A stretch of 38,508 nucleotides of DNA, from contig NOWV01000234.1 of assembly GCA_003344405.1 (NCBI GenBank), positions 62,001 through 100,508 of the forward strand. The letters are read 5' to 3'. The position numbers were made by a program, and so were the translations under genes. This document shows, in pieces, positions 24,718 to 36,422 of this stretch (its first letter is position 1; the number at the start of each line of letters is the position of its first letter). Origin of the DNA: Trichoplax sp. H2. Its lineage: Eukaryota. The notes under the pieces were generated by a model. It searched no databases. It saw only the letters and a program-made list of their open reading frames with translations, and was not told the DNA's origin.

Positions 24718-25262
24718 ATCGCATCATCGAAAATATGGATGGATGGATACTAAAAAAGGGAAAGAAGGAACCATTGCATAAGTTTATTGAAGGTATAATA
24801 CCATAAAAAGACTGAGAGAGTATTCAAAAGTGGAAAGAAACTCGCTTTCAAGTGGAGAGATTCGGTCCAGTCTTAGGTATTCCATTTTTATACTGTACTC
24901 TATCGCATCATCGAAATATAGATGGATGGATACTAAAAAGGGAAAGAAGGAACTATTGCATATGTTTATTGAAGGTATAATAACCATAAAAAGACTGAGA
25001 GAGTATTCAAAAGTGGAAAGAAACTCGCTTTCAAGTGGAGAGATTCGGTCCAGTCTTAGGTATTCCATTTTTGTACTGTACTCTATCGCATCATCGAAAT
25101 ATAGATGGATGGATACTAAAAAAGGGAAAGAAGGAACCATTGCATATGTTTATTGAAGGTATAGTACGATAAAAAGACTGAGAGAGTATTCAAAAGTGGA
25201 AAGAAACTCGCTTTTAAGTGGAGAGATTCGGTCCAGTCTTCGGTATTCCATTTTTATACGTA
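24718..25262. repeat. Near-perfect 183-bp tandem repeat x3, ~210 bp upstream of the RNF14 ATG
   Basis: ATCGCATCATCGAAA...GGTATTCCATTTTT units start at ~24718, 24902, 25085. Confidence 0.95.
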
Positions 25263-26530
25263 CTCGAGTTAAATATTGTATATATATAGCGAGTCAATGA
25301 ATACCCCAAGATTTAAGAATAAATATCGCTATTAGCGAACAATCTGAGTAAATGAGAAAGGTTCTATCGAAGGAGAACTGAAAAAAAGGTTCGAAAGAGA
25401 AGAATCCTATCTTCAAAATGGAGTGGTGTGCTGGTTTGGCGATTCTTGAAGTACTACCATGGATTACTCGATATATAGCATACAGTATATCGAATAGTTC
25501 ATGGTGCCACTTACTTATAAATAGAGTTGTTGATATCATATTATAGTATAGTCTTGCAATGTTAAGGACGATTGTAGACGTTGCTTTTTAATATATTGCA
25601 GGCATCAAGACCTATGATGCAGCCCCCTAAATCAATAGTGAAGCATTTTGAAGCAGACCCTACATTTCTTGATGTATCGAGAAGGTAAATCGATTGAGAG
25701 CTAGAAACCATTTTACTCTGTCAATCATGAGGTGATGACCGAATAGTTCAGAGTCAAGAATATCGTCACAGGAAGCCATGATGGAGTTTATCTTGCTGCA
25801 TATCAACCGTCTAGCTCATTACAATTCCATGATATCATCATTGCATAGACAGTAAAGTTTCAATACACAGTCCATTTATTGATCACATTACCTGCCACTA
25901 GGTGGGCTATTTCCTTTTATTACTTCATTATATGCATCTTAATTTTTAAACTAGTAAAATCAGATACTTGCTATACACTAGAAATGTACCTAATTGTTAT
26001 AGGTTTCTCCGTCTAGGTAGAATTGACATATACAGTACAAGTACCGTAGCAAAATTGTACAAATATGTGCCTTTAAAATGAAAGGCACAGAGTAAAATAA
26101 AAGAACAATTGCAATTTTTTCCACCATTTCTCACCTTATAGTTACAGCAATACATTAACCTTTGCAATACCTTATTAGTTACTCGATCAACCGTTATTGT
26201 AATTCACTAACTGTATAATATTTCAAGAAAGAAAACAATAATGAAATTTTAGGCTAAAGGGCCCAAGGTTATTGTCCTCGTACCTTTTTAAAATGGGATA
26301 TTTTCATTCAGTGTTATCATCTACGCGTAACTCTTTCTCTGTTTGCATGCTTTGCTTTCTTACTAAGCAGCAAGAGCAATTATTACAATCACAGCGTTCA
26401 AAAAAATTCAATTCTATTTCAGAGCTTGCAGTAGCAAAAAAATTTTTGGGTATTATTTTAAATCTGTTGAGTAAAGAAAATCAAGAATGAAGCATTGCTA
26501 AATAATATTCATGGTAATATATATTTAAAA

Positions 26531-29500
26531 TCATGAGTTGCCGTTTTGCATATCGATATTCCAGCCAATAACTTTGCGGTCAAAGCCTGCAGAAAATAGA
26601 TTACAGGGCGCATTGTCATCTTCGCACCAAGCTGTACAACATACCATCCGTTTATGACCCTATGGGTAGAGATGATATAGAAAAACTATCTTAATACTAC
26701 ATAAGAAGATAAAGACGCAGTCAGATAATAGAAGCGTATCCTATTAAAAAGTATAGCATTAGAACATACTTGACCATTGCTGCGTGGAAGGCGAGCTATG
26801 CGATTGCCATTTAGGTCGTATAATCGTATATGACGATTATCGTGTGGAATGGCAATAACGTTATTTGAAACTGAAAGTCTATTGTAATAAAATAGAATGT
26901 ATATTAGATGACATAGTACATTAAATAAAATTGATATCGCTAGCAGTGTGACATCAACAATTAATAAAGAGGCCATGATATCATAAAATGGTATATGTTC
27001 ATTTGTAATAATGGAAGCTATTATTTTAACGTACTTATTAACAGCAGAATCTAATCTCATAGTTGCGGATGGTGATCGCATGTTTTTTAAATCCCATACC
27101 TATAAGGAGAGAAGACTATTTGTTACTTCTTTTGCTACTTACACTTGCGAAATACTTGCATATTCTTACAATACATAGAATAAAAGCAGCTAACTAGATA
27201 CCTTAACTGTACGATCATCGCTGCCGCTAACAATTTTATCTTTGGCAAATACACAGGAAGTAACCGTGCTGTAAAGAAACAAATTAAAATATTAATTTAA
27301 TCATATTGATAGTATAGGCCACTGGAATGTTCGAGAGCTCAACTATGCGTAGTCATTGATAATTAAATTACATGAACAACACATACTTGGAATGGCCTTG
27401 AAAAACATTCACTGAATGAATAGAAGAGCTTCTGAAATCCCATAATCGAAATGTTGTATCTTTTGATGATGTAACCAAGAGATTTTGAGTGGGATGTGTA
27501 GCTGCATAAGTAATATCTTCTTCGTGTCCTGTCCGATATTATTAAGTATGATATCAAGGATGAGTGAATGCCGATTTAAAAATCGCTCAGATAGGAATAT
27601 ACCTTACTAATTGCAAGGCTTATTTACCGAAGAAAAGCATGAAATGTCTATAATAAATAACATCATGAAATGATCAATAGTAAAATCGTCTTTTATCATT
27701 CTTACCTGTCAACGTTTGAATAACCATACCGGTATGAACATCCCATAACTTTGCCGTTCTATCCCAAGATGCAGTTACAATTTGATCACCATCTAGTAGC
27801 CAATCTGCCGTCGTAACCACACCTACAATTTTGTATCATATGTGCAATCTAGGAATAAATTGATATTGGATTGATATCTATCCTAAACTGTCGCTATTTA
27901 CCACTATGATCGCGGAGTTGCAAAATAGAGTTTCTAATAACATAACCACTGCTGGAATCGGCTGAACCTAAATTGAGAGATGATCGAATTGCTTAAGAAC
28001 AAGTATAGCAATTATCTAATCAATCTTTTGTTAATTGAGGGAAAAGTAAATTATGACGGACGGATTTGCGTACCTTCATAGTTATTATTTATTAGATCTT
28101 CATCTGTATTTAAATTTCCCTTGAAAATAGGAAAGTAGATCAATGATAAATTACTATACAGTAATATCAAATCAAGCGAACTTTTCAGCTTACTGCAGAG
28201 ATGAAGTCGTGAAAATTGCCTAGGTTGATTCTCCAAATATGAGCAGATGAATCACCAGATCCTATTAAAGATAGAAAGTAGCGTGAGCAAGAGGATATTG
28301 AATACTACCGTAAGCATGGTCATTATCCTATCCAGATTGAAATTTTACCTGTACACACTAATGGTTCGTTCTCATGGAAACGAATAGAATTAACTAGGAA
28401 AAAGAAGTTAAATATCAAGTCCAATTTAGATATCAATAAAATGACTGTTTCCCTATTATTTTACTAGTACGGTAGTTGAGCAACTTTCATGATAGTCATC
28501 AAAACGACAACAACCATCGTGGCAATATTATATGATATTGATGAGGAGAAATTACCAGATCCTTCGTGGCCTTGATATTGAATAAGACGTTGACCACTTT
28601 CTATATCCCATATACAAGCTGTATGATCTACAGTATATTCAAAGTAATTATATTGATTAATTGATAGAATTGACAGAAATAAAAGGAATAGATTCAATTA
28701 ATCTACATTGTTATCCATCGAAGTTATTTATCCTTAGTCAATAACCTGCTGATGCAGTTCCAAGGATAGCATTATTAGCATAGTCTGTACACTTGACTTC
28801 CCATATACCATCTCGATGTCCAAGAAAGATCTTTTCCCTTTTACATTCTAATTGATTATTACCAGCTTTTAGATTTGTAATAGCCTGACTAACTTTTCCC
28901 TTATACGTTGATTTCATATGGGTTAGGACAGAAGAAGATGCAATAATGCCTTTGTACCCGGCATTATCATTGTATCAATCCAAAATGAAGAATAAAATCA
29001 ATAGAAAAAAAAAAATGAGAACTTGAACATATTGAAGTGATCTTCATTTTAGTTCATACATGTATCACTATTTCGTTACAGTGATAATCTATGAGCGGTC
29101 ATTAATAATATTGAAATGTAAGTAAGAAAGGAAAATCAGTCCACTATGTTGTAGTTTATAAGTTGAACTTACCAGTACGATCACGTTTATTTTTTCCGGT
29201 AGGGTCTTGTTCATCTCGTGAACCATCCAATCCGACATTTTGGTCTAATTTATCGGTTAAATAATCGATCTTTTCTTGTACTGTAATCATGATAAGAAAG
29301 AGTTGAAATTGTATTACTGTATCCAATGTAGAAACAATTTCATTTTTCGATGGAATAGTAAAGTGGAACCTTTTAAAAGTAGCATGTGTATATCTTAATT
29401 ATTTCATCATAATTTATCGACTTTCATCGTTGTTGTTTCCAATCGACTAGTCGATTGGAACTTTTTGAGGGTAGCCTGTGTTTATTTAATCATTCCATTT

Positions 29501-32500
29501 GAGTTGATCTACTTTCACATTTTAGTTATCAAATCTGGCTTGTGTGATTTTTTAATTGAATGCTATCGTAATGATACTAGCATCTATTTATTTTATGATT
29601 AATCATTTCATCTTAGTTTGTCTACTTTCATCATTCACGTATAATACGTGTACCGAGTGGGATATTTTATTAGTTTAATCATCTCATCTTACTTTGTCTA
29701 CATTTATCCTTGTCATAGAATATTGCCTGCATGATTATCGAATCGGTCACTAGAGTGGACTATCTCATTTAATTTTTATCCTTGTCATAGAATATTGCCT
29801 GCATGATTATCGAATCGGTTACTAGAGTGGACCATTTTAAGGGCAGAATGGACAGTATTTCTTTATTTTTAATATCATCTCATCTTTGTTTGTCTATTTC
29901 ACCATTGTCGTAGAATATTGCCTGTATGATTTTCAAATCGATTGCCAAAGTAGAATACTTTAAGAGTAGCATCTACGGATGGTTTCATGTTCATCTCAAT
30001 TTGCTTCACACAGTCGTTATTTTCATCATCTTAGTAGTGTGTCCACTTGCACCATTGTCGTAGCAACATGGCCTGAGCGATTTTCCAATCGATTGCTAAC
30101 GTGGACTATTTTTCAGAGAGTAGCATCCATTTATTTCAATGCTCATCCTGTTATTTTGGTTCATCTAATCCAACGTTTGAGTAGGAAATTATAAGAGCTG
30201 TAATCGCTTATTTAAATCATCTGATGTTAATTTATCTACTTTCATAGAACATTGCTTATGCGATTTTCAACGATAATCGAATATGAAAGTTGAATGCTTT
30301 GAGACTACGATACATATCATCTCATTCCAAGCGATTGCCTGAACGAAAGCTAACGTAGAATGCTTCAAGACCAGCGTGTATTTATTTGACCCTTTCTCAT
30401 CATTTGATCTTAGTTCGTCTACCTTTGTCCTAACCGCAGAATACTGTCTAGGTGATTTTGGAATCGAATGCTAGAGTAGGATAGTTTACGGGTAGAGTCG
30501 ATCGCTATTTTAATGGTCTCATTCCAAGCGATTGCCTAAACGAAAACTAGCGTAGAATGCTTCAAGACTAGCGTGTATTTATTTGACCCTTTCTCATCAT
30601 TTGATCTTAGTTCGTCTACCTTTGTCCTAACCGCAGAATACTGTCTAGGTGATTTTGGAATGGAATGCTAGAGTAGGATAGTTTACGGGTAGAGTCGATC
30701 GCTATTTTAATGGTCACATTGCAGGCGATTGCCTATACGAAAACTAGAATAGAATACTTCAAGATCAGCGTCCATTTCTTTTTACTGTTCATCTCTTAGT
30801 TTGTCTACTTTTGCCACTGTCATCCAACCTTGCCCTTACGATTGGGAACACGGACATTTTATTTTTTGAAAGTTGTAAATTGTTTTGACTGCAATAGATC
30901 AGGAAATCACATCATCATTATAGTATAGATTTAAAAGAGATACTGGCTGATAGAATTGTGCTCCAATCTAACCGATATTGACGATCCCCCCAAAAATGGA
31001 GGGCAAACTCAATTCTACGTATCCAACCGAGTTTCAATAGCATTCATTGAAGGCAATCATGGGACGATTAGCAGATCAATCATTCTCCTTGGAAATTTCA
31101 TTTTTTTGTCCTATTTTGAAGATGGATTATTACGATAGAGACCGCTATCGGTTAATTCATAGAAAATAGGGTATAAAATACAGGAAAATGTGACGAAAGA
31201 GAAAGAAAATTGAATGGAAATCGCCAAGTTTGTATGGGTATTGTATAGGCAATTTACTGTAGATCAACATTCAATGCAAGTGCATCAATAAGAAGGAGGG
31301 GAAAGCAATAAGAATAGCCATCTCTTGTAAAAAACATGATCAAAAAATAACATTCAAGACAATGACATGATGATCAATACATTGGGAATGGGATAATGAT
31401 GGTAGTCGACTATCCAGTTGAAAAATGAACTTTTCCTTGAGAATTGTAAAGGAATGAGAGGACAAGGCGTAAAAAATCAAGATGGCCCTTGACGGAGAGA
31501 ATGGAATAGGTAGAGTGGATGATGATGGTTGATTGCAGCAGTCTTGCGAGAATAGTGATGCGGATAACATGGAATAGATCTGTACACAAGAAGTACAACT
31601 AAAAGTATGGAATGAATCTCAGCTGGCGTGGATGTTGTATGCAATAAGGGCAATGCGATTTTAATGTACAACAGTTCAATCTCTGCAGGCGTAAGCAATA
31701 GCTATGGAATTCTCCTCTACGGTAGTACTCTACCATTTCCTACCCATTCCTTTCACTACGATAACGACTGTCATGGAGACTTGAAATTCTTGCCGCTACT
31801 CAGTAGTAGAAGTGTTTAGGATTGATATCCAATTGATCTCAAGGCAATCTCATTCTCAGGCGTTTGAAACTTTCAAAATTACATTCACTCCCGAGAATAG
31901 TATAAGAATAAATAACAAGTTATTTCCCCAGGTGGTCCACCATGGTTAAGCTGTCCAGTTTAAATTTGAAATTGCCTTAGCCTGTGTTGAGAATCCCTTA
32001 CAAATGAAGTTGAAATCTAGCTGTAATTTAATCGATGGCGTCATGACTAGCTTCAAGTTAGGTGGTAGATTTTCATCTTTTGGATGATTAACTAGGTGCA
32101 GTAGCTCATTTTAACTTTAGACATGGACTTTCAACGTTTCGATAGAAATCAATCAAGTTGTTCAATATGCCAATGAAGAAAGAAAAAAATCAATGCATCA
32201 TTTGTATCATCGTTTTTGCTATCAGTCATGTTCTAAGCAGGCTATCGTTCATGAAGGATTGTAAAGTTGTACAGGATGAATTTTAGTCCTGCTTAGAATG
32301 TCCAAATGATGATGAGAAATCGACCCTATCCAATGATAGCAACAATCCAAAAGCAATAGGATATAGCTGGAGACATATTCCAATGTCCATCAATCGGATC
32401 TGCGATGATAGCAATGGAGGTTCATGTTGCCGCCGATAGTCAGACTGGATCATTATTGCGGCAGATAAAATGGCAACAGTTTCAAATGGATAATAATATC

Positions 32501-34464
32501 ATGGAGGAATCAACCCATTTTAAATATCATGTAGAGGTCAAGAAAAGTGGATGATTTCCATGGAGTGGCCATTGGAAAGCTTCCACTTTTGGTGCTACTT
32601 TGTCATCCCTATTTTAGCGTAGTACAGTCGTTGGAAATGCTTGTTATTTTTATTATTACGTACCATCACTGCTAACGATGATTTATCGCAAATTATGGAC
32701 CAATTGGTTGAAGACGATATTGGATTATCACAACAAATACTGTCATAATCTCTAGGGACTGCAATGAATAGGATGGAAGTTTTCCATGGTTGATCATTTA
32801 CTTTTCTAGCGATCAAGCGCCATGATATCCATTACAACGTCTTGAATGTCATTGACGAGAAAGAATGGAAATGATCAACAGTGGGAAAAATAAAGTTCCT
32901 CCTCAAGCTAGATTAGTTGTATTGCTTGTCCAAGAGTGTAATTGCCATTTTTACTCCATCCATGATGATGGCATGAATGTGGTTGAATAAAAAAGGCAAA
33001 CATTGGATGGGCTGGCCATACTACCGGGATAAAATCGCGGCTAGAACGACATCATCATTGATTGATGGAATATGAAAAAGTATCAAGAAAATACCATGCA
33101 AACGTGGAACTTAGTCAGGGCATCATTTAGACGTATCTTACTTCATTTCTAGTACTGTCTTGAGCTGCATTATCCGTTGCAAATCTACAGTAATGCTAGT
33201 TGGACTAGGAAAAAAGTCCATGATGAAGAAAAAAGGGAAATTGAATTTAGTTATCATGACCGATGCAATAAAACACAATCCTGCCTTGAAACTATATCAA
33301 TCATGACGTCGCTAATCTAATTGGTAAGTGGAGTAGCATCCCCAAAAACATGAGATACCAACTGAAATATCATGTTAATCCAATTTTATGCTTGGATAGT
33401 ATTGATTCATGGCCAGTTTGAAGAAGATTGGGAAAATGGGACGAATCTTGGATTGTCTTTGATGATCCATGGAAGCAGTTGCATACTGCAGTGTAGAATG
33501 CATTGATGAACATGACAGCAATGTTATGCTATCGAGTGGGGGTAATGGATGAGATGGAGGATAAAATCCTATTCTCCGCCTGGATACTCTACGTATGAAG
33601 GAATAAGGAAGACCGATCATCAAGGCAGAAGCTTTACCAAAGTTTAATCCGATATCTTTCTTCTTCTACTGTACTGCATTTTGCTCTTTTTCCTTCTCGT
33701 GGTTAGCCTAACTTATTCCATATGAGTACAGTATTGGTGTGAAGAGCCAATGGATGCAGATTGATTTTTGACATGATGCTAGTGTAGACCAAATGGATTA
33801 GTCCTTCCTCGAATGGATTGTGCATGTAGGGGGTAGATACTGCAAGGTCTATTAGGGAAAAGGACTTGACGAATGGAATGAAGTCAAGATGGTCAACGAT
33901 CAGTCATTCCTTCCTCTAAAATGGATGCAGATTCATTTTTTGACACGATACTAGTGTAGACCAAATGGATTGGTCCTTCATCCAATGGATTGTACATGTA
34001 GGGGGTAGATACTGCAAGGTCTATTAGGGAAAAGGACTTGACGAATGGAATGAAGTCAAGATGGTCAACGATCAGTCATTCCTTCCTCTAGTTGGTATCA
34101 CCAACGGCGAGAATGGATTTGGCATGGTGGTAAAAACATAACGCAAAAAATGGCGGCTATCACCAGCCATGACTGTAGTAAGTCTACGTTATTGGTAGTA
34201 TTTGATGTTTTGCAAGGGTTTATGTAAGCTAAAAGTAGATGCGTACCAGCATATCCATGCTGAACAAGATGGAATTGTACCGTGTGATGGTGTATCTGAT
34301 TGAAACTTACAGATTGCATTTTCGTTGTAAATAATTTCAAATTCACGCTCAATCTGGCCAAAGAGATCAGCTAGGCGAGAGCGCAATGGAGGAGGCAGAC
34401 TGCCTTCATTGGCTTCTCCACGCCATGGACGTCGATTGGAGGAGCGTTGCTTGGCTTTGGGCAT
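26531..34464 (-). CDS. WDR37: WD repeat-containing protein 37 (N-terminal coiled coil + WD40 propeller); 14 exons, 1392 nt, ~463 aa
   Basis: Exons 5'->3' on minus: 34464-34311, 29280-29173, 28949-28746, 28627-28556, 28393-28349, 28261-28194, 28119-28074, 27967-27902, 27822-27706, 27528-27387, 27268-27202, 27099-27035, 26878-26770, 26659-26531; all GT-AG and in phase. WDR37-typical peptides: [141 protein letters not shown]. Confidence 0.93.
29400..30830. repeat. Decayed ~100-bp tandem array in WDR37 intron 1 with recent higher-order duplications (~70 bp at 29707-29830; ~197 bp at 30321-30780)
   Basis: Recurrent ATCATCTCATCTTAGTTTGTCTACTTT...AGAATATTGCCT...AATCG..TAGAGTGG; 30321-30517 nearly identical to 30518-30714. 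Confidence 0.8.
33749..34090. repeat. ~171-bp tandem duplication in WDR37 intron 1
   Basis: AATGGATGCAGATT...CAGTCATTCCTTCCTCTA starts at 33749 and 33920. Confidence 0.95.
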
Positions 34465-35399
34465 TGGATATGGATATCGATTGGAAGGCAAAGTGATGGG
34501 AAATGTTGCAGGCAGTTGTTGTTCTTCTTGTCGATGGTTTGCTGGTAATGACAACAAGACGATGGTATTTTGGATGTCTGCAGTCTTCCTTGATGGCTGT
34601 TGTTGTGATTTAAAGTCTTCTCAAGGTCGTTGCTAATGTCCAACGAGTTTTTTTTCCTACTGGAGGTTGATTAATAATTTGATTTGGATGAAAAGATCGA
34701 TGACGGATGCTGAATATTGCAATCAAGGGCTGGACAAGGACAAAAGAGTCTAATGTCAACAATAGGAAAGATGGCCAAAAAAACTTTCTAGCACGATACA
34801 AAGTCCACGACGTTGTCTTCCTTCACCTGTGTGATATAGACTCTCTTTCTCTCTTCTTACATGGATCAATCTGTAGTGGAACTACACATGAAGGAAGAAG
34901 CGATATTGAATTGGAGATCGCAATGGCCTAATATCGAATTGGATCGATGCAAGTTTGCATGGCTTTTTTTAGCCAAGTCGATGAAGACAATTTGCAGTAA
35001 ACTAAAATTCAATCATGCTACACTAATGATCAAGGTGACAACAAGGATGAAATGGAATTTTTTTTTCAAGTCTGTTGACAAGTCAATGATGGATACAGAG
35101 TTGAATTGGAAAGCAAGAGCAAAGAGAAAATGCTATGATGGAAGAATTGACAGTCAAGGGAAAAGAAGAACGCAAGACCACTGGACGCTGAGGATCGCTG
35201 TTGGATTGATCAGCTGCAAGTTGTATCTGTACCTGCTCAAGACGACTGTTGAAATTGTCACAATGGATATACTGTTGGATAGATCAATTAAAATGCTCTA
35301 ATCATGTCTGTAGACTGGAAAAATGGACGCAAACTAGCGTAGTTTGCTTTTAGCAACAAGATGGCAGCAGCGATGACCTAGTGCAAGATTGGATGGAGA

Positions 35400-35835
35400 C
35401 GATTGCGTTCCCAACCGGTACCGAATCGGTCTAGCTCTGAACGCCGACGAAGGGTGATGGTGTCTGGTGTCCGTGATCACCAGTCGGTTCAGGTGATCGC
35501 AGCGAGTCAACTCTTTTCCTCACGTCACTCTCACGGACGCTTCTAGTGGTGTCCACTCACCTTGGCAGTGTGGTCATTGGCCAGTCGAGTCACTTTGGTG
35601 GCGTCACCATCGCCGCCTCCACTGGGTACTCTACGCTTTGTCCGCTGGCTGACGACTCGACCCAGTAGACAAAGGCGCTGCGATCAAGGTGTGAATCAAC
35701 CCTTGTCATACCCCAGTACACTTCAACTCGGTACTGTACGTCCAACAATGGCATTTTCTTCTTGACAATGTCCACAGTGTACAGTCTGCACTATACTGTA
35801 TAGTACTGTAGTGGACTGGACTGTACTACTGTAGT
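35400..35835. promoter_or_regulatory. GC/CpG-rich island ~0.9-1.4 kb upstream of the WDR37 ATG; probable promoter / non-coding first exon, possibly a structured RNA
   Basis: 171/300 G+C counted over 35401-35700 in an AT-rich background. Consensus minus-strand donor CAAG|GTGAGT at 35561/35560 and candidate acceptor CCTCCAG ending at 34660. Confidence 0.55.
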
Positions 35836-35863
35836 ATCAAACGATATCCAATATGGAGATTTT

Positions 35864-36422
35864 GTTGAAATTCGTAGTTTCATTCAGCTTCGCATTTCTT
35901 AGCTCATTTTTAACAAGCTTTCCCAAGTATTTCAATACTTTATTATCAAGATTAAGTTGAAATTGGGAAGTTTCATTCAGCTTCGTATTTCTTAGCTCAT
36001 TTTTAACAAGCTTTCCCAAGTATTTCAATATTTTATTATCAAGATTAAGTTGAAATTTATAGTTTCATTCAGCTTCGCATTTATTAGCTCATTTTTAACA
36101 AGCTTTCCCAAGTATTTCAATACTTTATTATCAAGATTAAGTTGAAATTTATAGTTTCATTCAGCTTCCCATTTCTTAGCTCATATTCTACAAGCTTTCC
36201 TAGGTGTTTCAACACTTCGGTATTTCAACACTTTATTATCAAGATTATGTTGAAATTTGTAGTTTCATGGAGCTTCCCATTTCTTAGCTCGTATTCTACA
36301 AACTTCCCCATGTATTTCAACACTTTACTATCAAGATTATGTTGAAATTTGTAGTTTCATGGAGCTTACCTTTTCTTAGCTCATTGTCTACAAACTTCCC
36401 CATGTATTTCAACACTTTATTA
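35864..36422. repeat. 92-bp tandem repeat x6
   Basis: GTTGAAATT..AGTTTCATTCAGCTTC units start at 35864, 35956, 36049, 36141, 36249, 36341; the fourth carries a 16-bp internal duplication. Confidence 0.95.

Noticed and set aside
34861..35301. 146-aa + strand ORF upstream of WDR37
   Set aside because: No recognisable family, and it lies antisense within the probable WDR37 5'UTR intron.
35400..35760. Telomerase RNA, 7SK, RNase P/MRP, SRP, hammerhead or HDV ribozyme identity for the GC-rich element
   Set aside because: Minus-strand AAGAGTTGACTC resembles telomerase P6.1, but no CTAACCCT template is nearby. CTGACGA at 35649 lacks a partner GAAA core. Signature motifs of the other RNAs are absent.
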